A DNA stretch of 49,157 nucleotides from an uncultured Ectothiorhodospiraceae bacterium (lineage in GTDB: Bacteria > Pseudomonadota > Gammaproteobacteria > CAYFWJ01): the NCBI GenBank assembly GCA_964346755.1, contig CAYFWJ010000007.1:1-49157 (forward strand). Direction: 5' to 3'. A program made the position numbers and the translations under genes. This document shows, piece by piece, positions 37,858-48,703 of this stretch. Positions within the stretch are counted from its first letter, which is position 1. Each line of letters begins with the position of its first letter. Under the pieces are notes generated by a model. The model had not been told where the DNA came from and made no database searches. It worked only from the letters and a program-made list of their open reading frames with translations.

Positions 37858-40461
37858 TCATTCGGTGGTCGAGTCGTCGATATCGGCGGCGTCGTCGGTC
37901 GACGCCGCGGCCGGCGTGGTGTCGTCAAGCTCCTCGGGCGTGCCGTCGAGGCGGGCGACCTCGGCCAGCCGCTCCCCCTCGGCGAGGCGAATCAGCCGGA
38001 CCCCCTGGGCGTGGCGGCCGAGCAGGGGGATCTCGTGGGCGGCGATGCGGACCAGGGTCCCCGTCTCGGTGATCAGCATGAGCTCATCCGGGTCGGCGAC
38101 GTGGACCGCTCCGACCAGCCCGCCGTTGCGCGCCGAGGGCTTGCTGGCGATGACACCTTGGGTACTCCGACCCTTGACCGGGAAGTCGGTGATCGGCGTG
38201 CGCTTGCCGTACCCGTGCTCCGTGGCCAGCAGGACGCTACCGCGCTCGCCGACGAGCAGCCCGATGACGCGTTGATCTGCCTCCAGTCGCAGGCCCCGCA
38301 CGCCGGCCGCGCCGCGCCCCATGGCCCGGACCTCGCTCTCCCGGAAACGCAGGCCCTTGCCGTTGCTCGCGAGTAGCAGGATGTCCTGGCTGCCGTCGGT
38401 GACGACCACATCGATCAAGTAATCGTCGGTCCGCAACTCGAGGGCGATGATGCCCTTGGTGCGGGGCCGGGAGAATTCCGGTAGGGGCGTCTTTTTGACG
38501 AGTCCGCTGGCGGTGGCGAAGAAGACGTAGCGGTCCGCGGTGTATTCCCGGACTGGGAGAACGGCGGTGATGCGCTCGTCCGCCTCCAGGGCCAGCAGGT
38601 TGACCACGGGTTTGCCCCGAGCCGCACGACTGGCTAGGGGCAGCTCAAAGACCTTGAGCCAGTACACCCGCCCCCGATTCGTGAAGCAGAGCAGGGTATC
38701 GTGGGTGCGAGCCGTGAACATCTTGTCGATGAAATCGTCTTCCTTGAAGCTGGTGGCGCTGCGGCCACGCCCCCCGCGATGCTGCGGGCTGTACTCGCTG
38801 ACCGCTTGGGCCTTGGCGTAACCGCCGTGGGAGAGGGTGACCACGACCGGTTGATCGCTGATCAGGTCTTCTAGGCGGAGGTCTTGCCGCGCCTCCACGA
38901 TCTCCGTTCGCCGCGTGTCCCCGAACTGATCTTTGAGGGCCACCAGCTCCTCGTGGATCACCTCGCGCAGTCGATCCGGGTCCTCGAGGATTGCCGTCAG
39001 TTCTGCGATGCGGTCCAAGAGCCCTTTGTATTCCTCGACGATCTTGTCTTGTTCCAGTCCTGTCAGGCGTTGCAGTTGCAGGTCGAGGATCGCGCGCGCT
39101 TGAGTCTCGGACAAGCGATAACCGGCCTCGGTCAGGCCCAAACCGGCCTCCAGGTCCTCAGGTCGAGAGGCCTCGGCGCCGGCCCGCTGCAGCATGTCGG
39201 TGACCTGGCCCGGAGGCCAAGCGCGGGCGATCAACCCCTGACGGGCCTCGCTCGGATTGGCGGCCTCGCGGATGAGGGCGATGACCGGATCGAGGTTGGC
39301 TAGGGCCACGGCCAGGCCCTCCAGGACGTGGGCCCGTTCCCGAGCCTTGCGGCGTTGATACAGGGTCCGCCGGATCACCACCTCGCGGCGGTGCTGCAGA
39401 AAGGCCTCGAGCAGCTCCTTGAGATTGAGGGTCCGGGGTTGGCCCTTGACCAGGGCCACCATGTTGATGCCGAATACCGTCTCCAACTGCGTGTGCTGGA
39501 AGAGGTTGTTGACCAGCACGTCGGCGACTTCGCCGCGTTTGAGCTCGACGACGAGCCGCATGCCATCCTTGTCGGATTCGTCCCGCAGCTCCGCGATCCC
39601 GTGAAGGCGCTTCTCTTTGACCAGCTCGGCGATCTTCTCCTGGAGCCGGGCCTTGTTGACCTGATACGGGAGTTCCGTGAACACCAGCGCTTCCCGGCCC
39701 GAGGCGTTGTCGGTCTCGACGTGGTGGCGGGCGCGTATCAAGACGCGGCCGCGCCCGGTGCGATAGGCCTCGCGGATCCCCCCGATGCCGTTGATGATGC
39801 CTGCCGTCGGGAAATCGGGGCCTGGGACATGTTGGATCAGTTCGTCGAAGCTGAGCTCCGGGTTGTCCAGCAGGGCCAGGCAGGCATCGATGACCTCACC
39901 GAGATTGTGTGGCGGGATGTTCGTGGCCATGCCCACGGCGATGCCGGCGGATCCGTTGACCAACAGGTTGGGCACCCGGGTCGGGAAAACCGCCGGTTCG
40001 CGCTCGGTCTCGTCGTAGTTTGGGACGAAGTCGACCGTTTCTTTGTCGAGATCGGCCAGGAGCTCGTGGGCGAGGCGGGCCATGCGAACCTCGGTGTAGC
40101 GCATGGCCGCGGGGGCATCCCCGTCGATCGACCCGAAATTGCCCTGGCCGTCCACGAGCACGTAGCGCATGGCGAAGTCTTGGGCCAGGCGGACGATCGT
40201 GTCATAGACTGCTTGATCCCCGTGCGGGTGGTACTTTCCGATGACGTCCCCGACCACCCGGGCGGATTTCTTGTAGGCCTTATTCCAGTCGATGCCGAGT
40301 TCGCTCATCGCGAACAAGACCCGCCGGTGGACGGGTTTGAGGCCATCCCGGGCATCGGGCAAGGCCCGCCCCACGATGACGCTCATGGCGTAGTCGAGAT
40401 ACGACTGGCGCATCTCGTCTTCGAGGTTAACGGGCAGTATCTCTTTGGCGAATTCGGCCAT
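37858..40461 (-). CDS. gyrA: DNA gyrase subunit A
   Basis: [22 protein letters not shown] and the GyrA box QHRGGRG. Confidence 0.98.
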   Translation of the reverse strand: MAEFAKEILPVNLEDEMRQSYLDYAMSVIVGRALPDARDGLKPVHRRVLFAMSELGIDWNKAYKKSARVVGDVIGKYHPHGDQAVYDTIVRLAQDFAMRYVLVDGQGNFGSIDGDAPAAMRYTEVRMARLAHELLADLDKETVDFVPNYDETEREPAVFPTRVPNLLVNGSAGIAVGMATNIPPHNLGEVIDACLALLDNPELSFDELIQHVPGPDFPTAGIINGIGGIREAYRTGRGRVLIRARHHVETDNASGREALVFTELPYQVNKARLQEKIAELVKEKRLHGIAELRDESDKDGMRLVVELKRGEVADVLVNNLFQHTQLETVFGINMVALVKGQPRTLNLKELLEAFLQHRREVVIRRTLYQRRKARERAHVLEGLAVALANLDPVIALIREAANPSEARQGLIARAWPPGQVTDMLQRAGAEASRPEDLEAGLGLTEAGYRLSETQARAILDLQLQRLTGLEQDKIVEEYKGLLDRIAELTAILEDPDRLREVIHEELVALKDQFGDTRRTEIVEARQDLRLEDLISDQPVVVTLSHGGYAKAQAVSEYSPQHRGGRGRSATSFKEDDFIDKMFTARTHDTLLCFTNRGRVYWLKVFELPLASRAARGKPVVNLLALEADERITAVLPVREYTADRYVFFATASGLVKKTPLPEFSRPRTKGIIALELRTDDYLIDVVVTDGSQDILLLASNGKGLRFRESEVRAMGRGAAGVRGLRLEADQRVIGLLVGERGSVLLATEHGYGKRTPITDFPVKGRSTQGVIASKPSARNGGLVGAVHVADPDELMLITETGTLVRIAAHEIPLLGRHAQGVRLIRLAEGERLAEVARLDGTPEELDDTTPAAASTDDAADIDDSTTE

Positions 40462-40523
40462 AATGGGGATCGGCAGTCCGTGAGGTGTCCCGGAGAAGGG
40501 ATTGACAGCGGCGAAAAATCGCT

Positions 40524-40532
40524 AGTGTAACA
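40524..40532 (-). promoter_or_regulatory. Candidate extended -10 element (TGTTACACT) for gyrA
   Basis: TGnTAnnnT match about 60 nt upstream of the gyrA ATG. Confidence 0.4.
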
Positions 40533-40588
40533 CGTTCGTGGGGGGGATCATCACCCGGGGGGCGTCGAGCCATGGGCCCGGACACGGG

Positions 40589-41350
40589 CTAGGGGGATTG
40601 GGCCGGGCGTTCCGAGTCGATGGGATGGGTCCACGTCTCCCCCGTGTGAGGCTGACTGTCGGATGCGCTGAGATGGATCAACGTGTTCACCCAGGCCTCG
40701 GGTTGGGCGAGCGGCTCCTGGGCCTCGCCGGGATAGGCTTGACGGCGGAGCTTCGTAGCCATCGGCCCGGGTTGTACGGCGTTGACCCGCACGCCGTGGG
40801 TGCCCTCGAGCTCCTCGGCGAGCCCTTGCGTCAGTGCGGCGAATCCGGCCTTGGCGACCCCGTAGGCCCCGGCGAATGTCCCGGTGGGTTGATCCAGGAC
40901 GCTGACCACCGTGCCGTCGGTGGCCGCACGCAACACGGGAATGCAGGCTTGGGTGAGGAGCCAAGGGCCGTTGAGGTTGGTCTGCAAGACCTCGAACCAT
41001 TCCTTTGGCTCGAAGTGTTCCAATGGCCGCGGAGCGCCGCGGATCGCCGCGCAATGGATCAACCCGTCGAGCCCCCCGAGCTGCGTCTCCAGGGTCTCGG
41101 CCAGGCTGGCGTAGTCGGTGACCGTCGCCCCGGCCAGATTCAACGGATAGATCGCCGGTTGGGGGGCGCCCGCGCCGACGATCGCATCGTAGACCGATTC
41201 GAGTCGGCTGATCGTGCGCCCGAGCAGTACAACCGTCGCGCCCTGGGCGGCACAGCCCAAGGCCGCCGCGCGGCCGAGACCACTCCCGGCCCCCGTGATC
41301 AGAAGGGTGCGTCCAGCGAGCTTCCTCGCCGTCGGTTCGTCGTGGATCAT
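40589..41350 (-). CDS. SDR oxidoreductase, YciK-like
   Basis: ITGAGSGLG, LLGRT...LE.VYD.I, YGVAK and R..AYPGE motifs. Confidence 0.88.
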   Translation of the reverse strand: MIHDEPTARKLAGRTLLITGAGSGLGRAAALGCAAQGATVVLLGRTISRLESVYDAIVGAGAPQPAIYPLNLAGATVTDYASLAETLETQLGGLDGLIHCAAIRGAPRPLEHFEPKEWFEVLQTNLNGPWLLTQACIPVLRAATDGTVVSVLDQPTGTFAGAYGVAKAGFAALTQGLAEELEGTHGVRVNAVQPGPMATKLRRQAYPGEAQEPLAQPEAWVNTLIHLSASDSQPHTGETWTHPIDSERPAQSP

Positions 41351-41536
41351 GGATGGTGTCGGGTGTCCGTGTCTGGGTACGTGGATCGTCGCGGGAGGGG
41401 TGCCGGGGTCGCTCCGGGTGTGACGACCCTTGGTTCGATCAACCGCCGACTCGATTCGGTGGGCGAGTGGCCTGAACGGGTGTCGATGCCCCGGCGCGGC
41501 GCCTTAAGGCCCCGGTTTTGTCTTTGAGGAGCGAGC

Positions 41537-42103
41537 ATGACGATTCAATCCGATCGCTGGATCCGGTCTATGGCCGAGCATCACGGGCTCATCGAGCCCT
41601 TCGAGCCGGGCCAGATCCGGCAGCGGGCCGGTCGCGACGCGATCTCCTACGGCACCTCCAGCTATGGGTACGATGTCCGGTGTGCCGCCGAGTTCAAGAT
41701 CTTCACGAACATCAATTCGGCGGTCGTCGACCCCAAGGCCTTCGACGCCGATAGTTTCGTCGATGTCCAGGCGGACGTGTGCATCATCCCCCCCAACTCC
41801 TTCGCCTTAGCGCGTACCGTGGAATATTTCCGCATCCCCCGGGATATCCTGACCCTGTGCGTTGGCAAGTCGACCTACGCGCGTTGTGGGATTATCGTCA
41901 ACGTAACGCCGCTTGAGCCCGAGTGGGAGGGGCACGTGACCCTGGAGTTCTCGAATACGACCCCTTTGCCGGCTCGGATCTACGCCCATGAGGGCGTGGC
42001 GCAGATCCTCTTCCTCAAGGCCGACGAGGCCTGCGAGGCGTCCTACGCCGATCGGCAAGGGAAATATCAGGGGCAGCGAGGCGTGACCTTACCACGCCCC
42101 TAG
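41537..42103 (+). CDS. dcd: dCTP deaminase
   Basis: [28 protein letters not shown] and PLEPEWEG motifs. GAGGAG RBS. Confidence 0.97.
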   Translation: MTIQSDRWIRSMAEHHGLIEPFEPGQIRQRAGRDAISYGTSSYGYDVRCAAEFKIFTNINSAVVDPKAFDADSFVDVQADVCIIPPNSFALARTVEYFRIPRDILTLCVGKSTYARCGIIVNVTPLEPEWEGHVTLEFSNTTPLPARIYAHEGVAQILFLKADEACEASYADRQGKYQGQRGVTLPRP

Positions 42104-43404
42104 GCCCCGCGCTCCGTCAGCGGGGTGTAGGGTTTGGGGCCCTGGGGGCCACTGTAGACCTGCCGCGGGCGGCCGATGCGGTGATCCGGCTCGGCCATCA
42201 TCTCCATCCAGTGGGCGACCCAGCCCGCCGTGCGGGCGATGGCGAACATGACCGTGAACATGTTCGTGGGGATGCCAAGGACCCGGTAGATGAGGCCGGA
42301 GTAGAAGTCGACGTTGGGGTAGAGATTGCGCTCCCGGAAGTAGTCGTCGCTGAGGGCGACCTCCTCCAACCGGAGCGCCAGTTGAAACAGGGGCTCGTCC
42401 CCTTGCCCCAGCTCGTCCAGTAGTTCGTGACACACCTGGCGGATCAGCTTGGCCCGCGGGTCGTAACTCTTGTAGACCCGGTGGCCGAAGCCCATCAGGC
42501 GGAACGGGTCGTCTTTGTCCTTGGCCCGGGCGATGTAGCGGGGGATGGCCTCGATGTCGCCGATCTCGTGGAGCATGCGCAGCACCGCCTCGTTTGCCCC
42601 CCCGTGGGCCGGTCCCCACAACGAGGCGATGCCGGCGGCGATACAGGCGTAGGGGTTGGCCCCCGAGCTGCCCGCCATGCGCACCGTCGAGGTGCTGGCG
42701 TTCTGTTCGTGATCGGCATGCAGGATGAAAAGCAACTCCAGGGCCTTCTCGGCGACCGGGTTGACGCGGAAGGAGCGGGTCGGCACGGCGAAGAGCATCC
42801 GCAGCAGGTTGCCGGCGTAGCTCAGCTCGTCGTCCGGATAGACGAAGGGCTCGCCGATGGAGTGCTTGTAGGAGGCTGCGGCGATGGTCGGCATCTTGGC
42901 GATCAGCCGGTAGGCGGTCATCAGCCGATCCTGCGGGTCCTGGAGATTCGTGGAGTCATGGTAGAAGGCGGAAAGGGATCCGACGACGCCCACCATGACC
43001 GCCATCGGATGGGCATTATGATAGAAGCCATCGAAGAAGCTGCGGAGCTTCTCGTGGATCATGCTGTTATCGCGCAGGGCCTGCTCGAGCCCCTCGAGCT
43101 GGGTGTGATTCGGGAGCTCGCCGTGGAGCAGCAGGTACGCCACTTCCGGGAAGTTGGAGTGTTCGGCCAGCTCCGCGACGGGATAGCCGCGGTAGAGCAG
43201 GATCCCTTGCTCGCCGTCGATGTAGGTGATGTTGCTCTTGCAGCTGGCCGTGGCGATGAAGCCGGTGTCGAAGCTGAAGAAGCCCAGGTCCCGATGGAGG
43301 CGCCGAATGTCCACGGCCGGTGGGCCCATGCTGCCCTCGATGATGGGGAGCTCGACCGTTTTGTCCTGGCGGTGATCGGTGATGGTGACCTTGGATTCGC
43401 TCAT
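42100..43404 (-). CDS. gltA: Citrate synthase (type II)
   Basis: [41 protein letters not shown] and YPNVDFYSG motifs. GGAGG RBS. Confidence 0.97.
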   Translation of the reverse strand: MSESKVTITDHRQDKTVELPIIEGSMGPPAVDIRRLHRDLGFFSFDTGFIATASCKSNITYIDGEQGILLYRGYPVAELAEHSNFPEVAYLLLHGELPNHTQLEGLEQALRDNSMIHEKLRSFFDGFYHNAHPMAVMVGVVGSLSAFYHDSTNLQDPQDRLMTAYRLIAKMPTIAAASYKHSIGEPFVYPDDELSYAGNLLRMLFAVPTRSFRVNPVAEKALELLFILHADHEQNASTSTVRMAGSSGANPYACIAAGIASLWGPAHGGANEAVLRMLHEIGDIEAIPRYIARAKDKDDPFRLMGFGHRVYKSYDPRAKLIRQVCHELLDELGQGDEPLFQLALRLEEVALSDDYFRERNLYPNVDFYSGLIYRVLGIPTNMFTVMFAIARTAGWVAHWMEMMAEPDHRIGRPRQVYSGPQGPKPYTPLTERGA

Positions 43405-43609
43405 CGGGACCTCCGGAAGAAGGGGCGCAGGGATCACGGGCCGATTCAAGTGTCCTGCCAGGGGGGCGGTGCCTGAGTCAATGTCGACGGGGCCGTCAGC
43501 GTATCACCGCCGGGCGCCCCGGGTGAGACGCCTCGGGGCACCCAGCGGCGGGCATGACCCCCCGATTCCGAGTCGGTGGGGGCGCGACTCGCGTGGGACC
43601 CCGGGTGAT

Positions 43610-44674
43610 TCACAGGGATGCGGCGGGACGATAACCGGGTTGCTCCGGCCTCCGGGGCCACACGCGCTCCGCCAGGTCCTCGATCCGATCCCATTGACCC
43701 CGATCCAACCAGGTGGCGATTTCCTCCATGACATCCGGATAGGCCATGGGCGCCGGGCGGCTGTCATGGAGCCAACGCGTGACGGCCTTGCGGTCCAGCC
43801 GATGCATCACGCGACCCATGCCCAGTTGATCGAGGGCGAGCGCGTTGGACTCCTGTTCGACCTGCCCCTGCAGGGGGCGGGTCAGGACCTTCTTGCCCAG
43901 GTGTAGGGCCTCACTGATCAGCGAGAACCCGGAGTTGCAGATGACGCCGCTGCAGCGGGCGAGATCCTCGACGAAGGCGGCCCGTTGGGCGGGAATGAAT
44001 TCGATGTGCCCGTGGCGTTCCGCGCCCTCGAGGTGGCGGTCATAGATCCGGAACCGAACGTTCGTGAGGGGTTCGAGCATGGCGCGGACCTGGTCGCGAT
44101 GCTCGAAGGCCATATAAACTAGGATCACGTTGTCGTCCGTGGTTGCCGCGGGGGTCGGGACGTCTTCCGGAATGGTCGGGGGCAACAGGGGTTGATCGAA
44201 GTGATGCCAATGCAGACCCAGGGGACTGCTCGCCGGAGCGAAGTTGCGCATGATCCAGTGGGCGAAGTAGTTGCGTCCGTAGAGGGGGACGCGGTGGGCG
44301 AAGGCGTACATGTGCCCGATCCCGACACAGGGCAACTTGTTCAGCTTGGCGATCCGCGCGGTCAGGGGTTCGTAATCGGTGATGACCAGGTCGAACTCGG
44401 CGGGCTTGAACTCGAGGATGTCCCGCGCGAAGCGCACGAGGCGTAGCCGCGTGGCCGTTTTCAGGTAGTTGATCCGTCCGCGCTCGTTGACGAAGGTCAG
44501 ACCGCTGCGCTGGACATGCGGCTCGAAGACCTCGGTCGACCAGCGTTGCCCGACCGGCGGCCCGGAAAGCAGGGTGTGGACCTCGTGGCCCCGGTTCTTG
44601 AGCAACCGGACCATCGCCTGGGAGCGAACCAGGTGGCCGTGCCCGGTGGTTTGAACGCCGTAGAGGATCTTCAT
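43610..44674 (-). CDS. MJ1255/VC2487-family glycosyltransferase
   Basis: MKILYGVQ.TG.GH, DLVITDYEP and ICNSGF...SEAL.LGK...P..GQ.EQ.SNA motifs. Confidence 0.88.
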   Translation of the reverse strand: MKILYGVQTTGHGHLVRSQAMVRLLKNRGHEVHTLLSGPPVGQRWSTEVFEPHVQRSGLTFVNERGRINYLKTATRLRLVRFARDILEFKPAEFDLVITDYEPLTARIAKLNKLPCVGIGHMYAFAHRVPLYGRNYFAHWIMRNFAPASSPLGLHWHHFDQPLLPPTIPEDVPTPAATTDDNVILVYMAFEHRDQVRAMLEPLTNVRFRIYDRHLEGAERHGHIEFIPAQRAAFVEDLARCSGVICNSGFSLISEALHLGKKVLTRPLQGQVEQESNALALDQLGMGRVMHRLDRKAVTRWLHDSRPAPMAYPDVMEEIATWLDRGQWDRIEDLAERVWPRRPEQPGYRPAASL

Positions 44675-44869
44675 AGCACTCGTCGAAGAAGCCGCCTGTC
44701 GGGTTGATCCGTGGGGTCCCCGGGGGGATTCCGGATCGTTGGTCCGCGTCGATCCGCCCTGTGGTGCGGACGTTGTGGCGTTTTGCCTTGACACCCCGCC
44801 CATTCCAAAGCCTAGCAAAGTTGGGTCGCGGCTGTCCTCGGGCCCCGCCTGCGAACGCGGTGACAACGC

Positions 44870-45238
44870 TTAGCCAAGGCGGACGAAGGGCATGACGGTG
44901 AGATAGGCGATCATCAGGATGGCCGCTCCGTAGAGCAGCAGGGTTAGCGGATTCCGTTGCAGCCGCCGGCGCAAGGTATCCGCCGTGCCCGCCTGGCGCT
45001 GGGCCGCCCATTCGGCGCGGGCGGTATCGGTCCGATCCCGCTGGTAGGCATCGATCAGGGCCCGGGCATCGGCGTAGCGGCTCGGGTCCGGGAGCCAAAT
45101 CCCCGCGACGGCAACCTCCCACCAGCCGGCGTGGGTCTCGAAGTACTCGATCCCGTGGGAATCGAGGAGGGCGCGTACGGCGTGCGCCTCGTCTTCAGGC
45201 ACTCGATTCAGGCGAAACACTAGGACGGCCATGGGCAT
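44870..45238 (-). CDS. Small membrane protein, DUF6164-like
   Basis: FRL..VPEDEA..VR.LL...I.YFET.AG.W pattern and a C-terminal TM helix. Confidence 0.75.
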   Translation of the reverse strand: MPMAVLVFRLNRVPEDEAHAVRALLDSHGIEYFETHAGWWEVAVAGIWLPDPSRYADARALIDAYQRDRTDTARAEWAAQRQAGTADTLRRRLQRNPLTLLLYGAAILMIAYLTVMPFVRLG

Positions 45239-45253
45239 ACCTCGCAACACGCG

Positions 45254-45652
45254 TTATGCGTGCGGTTCGGTTTCGTGGTAGCAGGCCGGGTCGAAGCGGG
45301 GATGACAGATCGCATAAAAGACGAGATCGCCCGTGCCGATGTTCTCGATCCATTGCTCGGCCCCGGCCGGGATGTACACGATATCACCGGCCCCCACCTC
45401 AGCGGCCGGGGCATGGCCCACCCGCGCCCGGCCTTGCCCGGCCACGATCAGATAGCGCTCACTGATGCCGTCGAGCCAATGGGGACGCGTGGCCTCCCCC
45501 GGACGGAGGCGTGCGCGGGCGATGGAGACGGCCGGATCCCCGGCGGTATTCCAGCTCTCGAGGATGTAACACCCTTCGCGGAAGAAGTACTCCTCGTCCG
45601 GGGTTGGGTGCCGGACCGTCTCGCCGGGGGCCCGGTTGGGTTCAGACGCCAA
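45254..45652 (-). CDS. Cupin domain protein
   Basis: EYFF.EGC.I.E..N...DP.VSIARAR, H.L....ERY.I..G.G and IEN.G..DL.F.AIC.PRF. The TTG start is inferred. Confidence 0.8.
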   Translation of the reverse strand: MASEPNRAPGETVRHPTPDEEYFFREGCYILESWNTAGDPAVSIARARLRPGEATRPHWLDGISERYLIVAGQGRARVGHAPAAEVGAGDIVYIPAGAEQWIENIGTGDLVFYAICHPRFDPACYHETEPHA

Positions 45653-47549
45653 GCCCGTTGGCCTCCAGGTCCTCGCTGACCGCCAGCCACTCGTCCTCGA
45701 GGGCGGCGATTTGTTTATCGACTTGTCCCTTGCGGCTGGTCGTCGCCCGCAGGGTTTCTTTGCGATCCGCGTGATACATCGCGGGATCCGCCAGTTGATC
45801 GGCAAGCTGGACCTGTTCTCGTTGCATCTGCTCCAGTTCCCGCTCGATCCGGGCGAGGCGTTGCCGCAAGGGCTTGAGCTGGGCCCGCTGGTTCGCCGCC
45901 GCCCGCCGTTCCGCCTTGCGATCCCGGGTCGTCCCGGGATCGGGCAGGGGCGGCGGGTCGGATGTCCCGGCGCCCGCACGCTGCTGGCCGAGCCATTGCC
46001 CGTAGTCCTCGAGATCCCCCTCGAACCCGTTCACCCGGCCATCGGTCACGAGCAGCCAGGCGTCACAGGTGGAGCGCATCAGGTACCGGTCGTGGGAGAC
46101 CAGGACCATCGCGCCGGTGTAGGACTGAAGGGCGAGGCTGAGGGCATCCCGCATCTCCAGGTCCAAATGGTTCGTAGGCTCGTCGAGGAGCAGCAGGTTG
46201 GGGCGCTGCCAGACCAATAGAGCCAGGGCGAGTCGGGACTTTTCGCCGCCGGAGAAGGGGGCGACCCGGGCCAAGGCCTGCTCGCCTTGGAAACCGAATC
46301 CCCCGAGGAAGTCCCGCGCCGCCTGCTCGGAGCAGCTCGGGGTCAGCCGTTGGATGTGCTGCACCGGACTGGCCTCGGGGTCGAGGGACTCGAGCTGGTG
46401 CTGGGCGAAGAAGGCGACTTGAAGCCCCTGGGCCGGACGGCGTTCACCGCCGTGGGCCTCGAGTTGCCCGGCGATCAGTTTGATCAGGGTCGATTTGCCG
46501 GCCCCGTTGCGTCCGAGAAGACCGATCCGAGCCCCCGGTTCGAGGCTGAGATTGATGCCTTGCAGTACCGGCGCGGCGGGATCATAACCGGCCGTGCAGT
46601 CGTCGAGTTGGAGCAAGGGATGGGGCGCGCGTTCCGGGGCCGGAAACTCGAAGCGGAACGGGGAGTAGGCCTGGACCGCGGCCACTGTCTCCATGCGTTC
46701 CAGGGCCTTGATCCGGCTTTGCGCCTGCCGGGCCTTGGTGGCCTTGGCGCGAAACCGATCGATGAATTGCTGCAAGTGGGCCTGTTCCCGTTCCTGTTTC
46801 TCGTGCAGGGCCTGTTGGCGGGCGAGGCGCTCGGCGTACTGGCGTTCGAAGGCGGCGAAGTTGCCGGGGTAGAGCACCAATTGACGCGCCTCGACATGGC
46901 CGATGTGGTCGACGACCGTATCCAGGAAATCGCGATCGTGGGAGATGAGGAGCAAGGTCCCAGGATAGCGCTGCAGCCATTGTTCGAGCCAATACACCGT
47001 GTCCAGGTCCAGGTGGTTCGTGGGCTCGTCCAGCAACAACAGATCCGAACGGCACATCAGGGCGCGACCCAGGTTGAGCCGCATCCGCCAACCGCCTGAG
47101 AAGCTCGCGACGGGGTCGTGATGTCGCGCGGCGCTGAAACCGAGGCCGCTCAGTAGCTGGGCCGCTCGGCTCTCGGCCGTGTAGCCGTCGACCGCGTCCA
47201 GGCGTTGATGGAGCTGTGCGAGGCGCTCCCCGTCATCCGCCTGCTCGGCCGTGGCCAGGGCGGTTCGCAGCTCGACGAGCTCTGCGTCCCCCCCCAAGAC
47301 GAACTCCAGGGCCGACGCGTGGGACGCGGCGATCTCCTGGGCGACGTGGGCGATGGTCAGACCGCTCGGGCAATCCAACGCCCCCCGGTCCGGGGCGAGC
47401 GTGCCCCGGATCAGTTCGAATAACGACGACTTGCCGCTGCCATTGGGGCCGGTAATCCCCACCCGCTGGCCGGCGTAGAGGGTGAGGTCGAGGCCGTCGA
47501 ACAGGATCTGGCGGCCGCGGCGGAGCTGGACATCGCGGAAACTCAACAT
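45642..47549 (-). CDS. ABC-F family ATPase (YheS-like)
   Basis: Two ABC domains (GPNGSGKS, FSGGWRMRL, LLDEPTNHLD; GRNGAGKS, FSGGEK), a RF.AKATKA.QAQSR linker, and no TM segments. Confidence 0.93.
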   Translation of the reverse strand: MLSFRDVQLRRGRQILFDGLDLTLYAGQRVGITGPNGSGKSSLFELIRGTLAPDRGALDCPSGLTIAHVAQEIAASHASALEFVLGGDAELVELRTALATAEQADDGERLAQLHQRLDAVDGYTAESRAAQLLSGLGFSAARHHDPVASFSGGWRMRLNLGRALMCRSDLLLLDEPTNHLDLDTVYWLEQWLQRYPGTLLLISHDRDFLDTVVDHIGHVEARQLVLYPGNFAAFERQYAERLARQQALHEKQEREQAHLQQFIDRFRAKATKARQAQSRIKALERMETVAAVQAYSPFRFEFPAPERAPHPLLQLDDCTAGYDPAAPVLQGINLSLEPGARIGLLGRNGAGKSTLIKLIAGQLEAHGGERRPAQGLQVAFFAQHQLESLDPEASPVQHIQRLTPSCSEQAARDFLGGFGFQGEQALARVAPFSGGEKSRLALALLVWQRPNLLLLDEPTNHLDLEMRDALSLALQSYTGAMVLVSHDRYLMRSTCDAWLLVTDGRVNGFEGDLEDYGQWLGQQRAGAGTSDPPPLPDPGTTRDRKAERRAAANQRAQLKPLRQRLARIERELEQMQREQVQLADQLADPAMYHADRKETLRATTSRKGQVDKQIAALEDEWLAVSEDLEANGLGV

Positions 47550-47585
47550 GGGTGCGAACCGAGGCGGGCGATGGGATGTCCGGGG

Positions 47586-48071
47586 TCAGTAACGACCGTG
47601 AATCTTGCCGATATAATTGGTCAATTCCACGTATTGGGCGTTCATGCGCCGCAGGATGGTATGCACGGTCCGGATAATGGCCTTCATGACCTTGTAGACC
47701 AGTTCCGGGCGCTCGCCGAGCAACGATTCGAAGTGGTCCCGTTGCAGTTCCAGGACCTGAGCCTCGCCCGCCGCTCGGAGCGTGGCGCTGTGCGGGGTTC
47801 CGTCGACGAAGCCCAATTCGCCGGCCATATCCCCCTGGTGGAGGATGTGCAGGGTCGTCCATTCGCCGGTGCCAGTATCTCGGGTGACCGCGAGCTTCCC
47901 ATGGAGGATCACGTAGAGGGTATTGTCCGATTGCCCTTCCTCGATGAGGACTTCGTTATCCCCGAGGTTCCGCACGGTCGAGATCTGGGCGAGCACGGCG
48001 CATTGTTCCCCGGAGAGCTCGGCGGCTAGGGGCGAACCGTTCAGCAGATCACAGAGTTCGGCGTGATTCAT
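47586..48071 (-). CDS. Stand-alone cyclic nucleotide-binding domain protein
   Basis: LIEEG...LYVI..G.L and GELGF.DG.PHSAT.RA motifs. No HTH domain. Confidence 0.85.
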   Translation of the reverse strand: MNHAELCDLLNGSPLAAELSGEQCAVLAQISTVRNLGDNEVLIEEGQSDNTLYVILHGKLAVTRDTGTGEWTTLHILHQGDMAGELGFVDGTPHSATLRAAGEAQVLELQRDHFESLLGERPELVYKVMKAIIRTVHTILRRMNAQYVELTNYIGKIHGRY

Positions 48072-48180
48072 CGTCGGGTTGTCTCCGATGTAGGCCACGA
48101 GAGGCGTCGTGTCCATTGGCAAGAGGCCGGGCGAGGGGGCGGGTCGGCCGCGCCGGTCGCGTCGCGGTGTGGTTCAGGGG

Positions 48181-48480
48181 TTAGGGCAATGCCGGGTGGA
48201 AGGGATAAACCCTAACCCGCGCGTAGACGCCAGCGGCGATATAGGGATCCGCGTCCGCCCAGGCCTGCGCCGCCGCTTGGGATTCGAACGCCGCGACGAT
48301 CAGGCTACCCGCGAATCCCGCCGGCCCCGGATCCGGGCTGTCGATGGCCGGGAACGGGCCGGCGACGAGGAGACGGCCCGCCTCCCGGAGCGCTAGCAGG
48401 CGTTCCCGGTGCGCCGTGCGCGCCGAGGTTCGCGCGGCGGTGCTGTCGGGATGATCCTCACCGAGGATGGCGTACCACAT
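48181..48480 (-). CDS. yciI: YciI family protein
   Basis: R...[20 protein letters not shown] and WA.ADPY motifs. Confidence 0.92.
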   Translation of the reverse strand: MWYAILGEDHPDSTAARTSARTAHRERLLALREAGRLLVAGPFPAIDSPDPGPAGFAGSLIVAAFESQAAAQAWADADPYIAAGVYARVRVYPFHPALP

Positions 48481-48703
48481 GGCGATCTCCTAACCCCCGA
48501 GTGGGTATCCGGGGTATCGACCGGTTGACCCACTTTACCCAAAACCTGGCCCCCGGAATCATAACGGCAATCCCGGGCATTCGTAACCCCCGTGTCCGTC
48601 GGGTCTATTCTGTGGTCGGGATCCGATATCATGCCGCCGTCACTGGCGGTGGTGTCCCGTGCCGGGCCCCCGGAATCGCTCACTCATCCCTTGGAGGTAT
48701 CCC

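Noticed and set aside
44845-44866. Pho box upstream of the MJ1255-type glycosyltransferase
   Set aside because: Only one TGTCAC half-site, and it is badly spaced from the candidate -10.
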